DNA from: Bdellovibrionota bacterium
Lineage (GTDB): Bacteria > Bdellovibrionota_C > UBA2361 > CAKMMH01
Assembly (NCBI GenBank): GCA_050952645.1
Contig: JBMNLI010000017.1
Location: 320,001 to 384,000, forward strand
DNA: 64,000 nucleotides
Direction of reading: 5' to 3'
Positions within the stretch are counted from its first letter, which is position 1; each line of letters begins with the position of its first letter. The position numbers and the translations under genes were made by a program. The notes beneath the pieces are model-generated. The model saw only the letters and a list, made by a program, of their open reading frames with translations. It had not been told where the DNA came from and did no database searches. Positions 61,385-64,000 of the stretch are shown here, one piece after another.

Positions 61385-61472
61385 TTATTGTTTATTATTC
61401 TATTATTTATTGTTCTATTATTTATTATTCTATTATTTATTATTCTATTACTTATTATTCTATTATTTATTT
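61385..61472. repeat. 15-bp intergenic tandem repeat
   Basis: TATTCTATTATTTAT-like unit, about 5 copies. Confidence 0.8.
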
Positions 61473-61499
61473 TCTATTACTTATCTTTTATTTTACATT

Positions 61500-62549
61500 T
61501 TATTTCCCATTTTTTGTAGAGGATGTTTTCTTAGTTGATGTTTTAGTAGCTGATGCTTTAGTAGCTGATGTTTTAGTAGCTGATGCTTTAGTAGCTGATG
61601 TTTTAGTAGCTGATGCTTTAGTAGAGGAGATTGTAGAATTTCCCCAATACAAAACGCCGCCTACTAAGCCTAGGATATAACCTTTTAATCTTAAAATCAA
61701 AGCTACCGCTAGTGCTTGTTCTTTAGTAGCACCTACAGCCATTAAAAAAAACGTAAAAGCACCCTCTTGCACTCCTAATCCATTTGGCGATATAGGAATA
61801 CAGCTTATTAAAAATATCAGGGGAAGCACTATAAATAAACTAAACAAAGGGAGGTCTTCCCAGCCTATAGCATAACCTGCTACCGCAGTGTTTAAAACTG
61901 TTATACAGTGAAACACGATAGATAAAAATAGCGTCTGAAAGATAAGCTTTTTATCATCCTTAAAAACTAGTAGCGATTCTTGAATCTTTTGAAAATGTGG
62001 TAAAAATTTTTCTGAATAAGGTAAAAAAGAAAACTTTTTTAATAATTTTTCTGAAAGAGATAGTATAGTAATAATAATGCTAGCAAAAAATAGAATTGCT
62101 ACGACCGTTTTAGTTCTAATCGGAATATAGTCTACAAAAAACATAAAAATAAAACTTAGGAACAACATTGCAAAAAAACCCGTGTATCTTTCTAAAAATG
62201 TTGCGGTCAAGGCTTTGTGTTGTCCTATTTTTTTGCCTATCGTTATGCTTCTTGCTAAATCTCCACCTAGGAAAGAGGGGAGAAATAAGTTTACGAAATA
62301 TCCTATAAAATATAATGAGAATAATTTTAAAAGAGGAATTTTTTCACCAAGCTTTTCTATTAAAATTTGCCATTTTATAGTGCTAATAAGAATAAGGACA
62401 AAGGAGATAGCGAGAAGTAAGATAATGTAAAACAAAGATAAATTTTTGAAAGTTTCTATAAGTTTATCTAATTTAACACAGTATATTAAGCCTATAAGGA
62501 GCAAAAGCCCGACAGCCGTTTTTATAATCTTTAAAAGATATTTATTCAT
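61500..62549 (-). CDS. Lysylphosphatidylglycerol synthase-TM (UPF0104) flippase-like membrane protein
   Basis: NLFLPSFLGGD, FLER, PISPNGLGVQEG. The C-terminal ATK(A/T)S repeat tail is encoded by 15-bp repeats at about 61535-61623. Confidence 0.88.
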   Translation of the reverse strand: MNKYLLKIIKTAVGLLLLIGLIYCVKLDKLIETFKNLSLFYIILLLAISFVLILISTIKWQILIEKLGEKIPLLKLFSLYFIGYFVNLFLPSFLGGDLARSITIGKKIGQHKALTATFLERYTGFFAMLFLSFIFMFFVDYIPIRTKTVVAILFFASIIITILSLSEKLLKKFSFLPYSEKFLPHFQKIQESLLVFKDDKKLIFQTLFLSIVFHCITVLNTAVAGYAIGWEDLPLFSLFIVLPLIFLISCIPISPNGLGVQEGAFTFFLMAVGATKEQALAVALILRLKGYILGLVGGVLYWGNSTISSTKASATKTSATKASATKTSATKASATKTSTKKTSSTKNGK

Positions 62550-62839
62550 AGTCGTGTAGTTTAGCAAAAAGCTTAATTTAGTGCTAGATTAAAGATTTTT
62601 ACTTGCCGAAAATATTTTTTAGAGTATATAATAAAAAAGTTCTATATTTAGGTTGTGTAAGGAATATTTTTATAGTTTTTATAGATTTTATTTTTTTATT
62701 TTTAATTTAATTTTTATTGATTATATTTTATTGATTATAGTAGCTTATACAAAATAATTATTAGCTTATCTTAGAAAAAAAATTTAAAAAGAATTTTAAC
62801 GGAACTTTTTTTTTAAAAAATTTAAGCAAAGTATGTTTT

Positions 62840-64000
62840 ATGCAAAAAATTTTTAGTATTGATTTTAGTAACATTCCCGTAGTTTTTAGTTTAAAACGCC
62901 GTATCAAATAAAGATATTACAGTTTTAGCTAGTGATAGCCTAAATATCGATAAGACGATATTTTACGATACATTATTGCAAGATAAATTAGATGAAGAAA
63001 TTGAAAGTAGTCTTGTAGAAAAGCTTTCATTATTTATAGAAAAAACTAATGCGCATAATGAAAATACTATAGTTATAGTTCCACCAATAGAGCAGATATC
63101 GATAAATTTAGACTTGCCTTTTTCTGCACCACCAAAACATTTAGATAAAATTATAAAAAATGAAGTTCAGGATATGATGCCTCTTTCTAGTGAAGAGTTG
63201 CACGTTCAATACCAATTTTTAAAGAAAACTAAAAGCATAGGAAGCTTGCCCGTGCATGTAAGCCTTTTATCGGAAAATATATTTAAAAATATATTAAACG
63301 TGTTAAAAAAAGTAGGGATAGATCCTTTTGTTTTTACTACTCCTGCTGCAGTGTTAGGCGTTGTAAACCATTTAGCGAAAGATTTCTTCAAGGTAGACTC
63401 CGCAATCGTAGAAAAGTGGGGAGATTTTATTCACATTCTATATATTCAAGATGGCGTGCAAGTGCATGAGCGAAGTTTGCCTACTGTGCTAAATAATCAA
63501 CCCGTAGCACCTGAAAATTTAATATCACAATTAAGAATAGTGCTTCGAGCGTTTGAAAAAGATATAGATGGAAAGATAGAGTTCGTGTATTATGGGAAAA
63601 ATATCGATGCACAGATAGCAAAAGGCATAGGCAAAGAATCGGAACTATTAGATATCGGGCAATTTATAAATTGTGATAATGAAAACAAAAAAGAAAGATT
63701 AATATTTTCAGCATTATCGTCTTTCTTAGTTCAAGATGCGATGCCGTTTACTTTATCAAATTTTAGAATGGGAAAATTTGATTGCACCGTTTCGCCTAAA
63801 GAAGTATTTAAAATTTTAAAAAAACTTTTGCCTATAACTATAGTTTTTATATTATGTATTTTTGTAGGAATAATATCGTCTTATTTTATTAGGGAAGCAA
63901 GAATTAAACAGATATATACAGGCATAAGGGAAGCTACTAAAGATAAAGTGGCGATTAGTGAAAATGGGGATTTAGAAGATATAGTAGCAGAACTTAAAAG
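62840..64000 (+). CDS. GspL/PilM-like secretion or pilus assembly protein, partial, probable frameshift near 62895
   Basis: MQKIFSIDF, then a long open frame with LDLPFS...IIKNEVQDMMPL...LKKVGIDP and a TM segment near 63830-63890. Runs off the window. Confidence 0.7.

Noticed and set aside
61381..61680. 99-aa plus-strand ORF with YYSII and VADAL repeats
   Set aside because: Product of two microsatellite arrays, antisense to the flippase-like gene.

Overview
Very AT-rich bacterial DNA using the standard genetic code, apparently chromosomal. The gene content (type IV pili, GspL-like, HDOD, SspB-like, FG-GAP proteins) fits a diderm, possibly Bdellovibrionota/delta-like organism, but this is inference only. 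Several single-base frameshifts suggest an imperfect consensus sequence. Housekeeping genes are mnmE, yidC, rnhB/yraN, ispA, def, maf, leuS, valS, ssrA and tag. Accessory highlights: (1) 1-7.1 kb, a repeated convergent pair of a lipoprotein and a Ser/Cys-rich protein; a TadE/pilin-type giant protein is followed by a headless paralog sharing about 0.8 kb of near-identical DNA with a swapped 36-aa Cys module and a different C-terminus. (2) 19.4-20.9 kb, two promoter-to-terminator, apparently non-coding, structured units loaded with AGGAGG motifs. (3) 26.2-31.7 kb, a plasmid-type replicon (RepA-like initiator, two iteron arrays, parAB, parS-like palindromes) embedded among core genes. (4) 32.3-33.0 kb, a 4x tandem duplication of a gene 3' end fused to a C5-methyltransferase remnant. 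(5) 51.5-54.8 kb, next to the tmRNA 3' end, an SF1 helicase/Vsr-like nuclease whose N-terminus carries a Z-alpha-like winged-helix signature. (6) A dispersed family of MITE-like intergenic repeats. No CRISPR array, rRNA or tRNA was seen.
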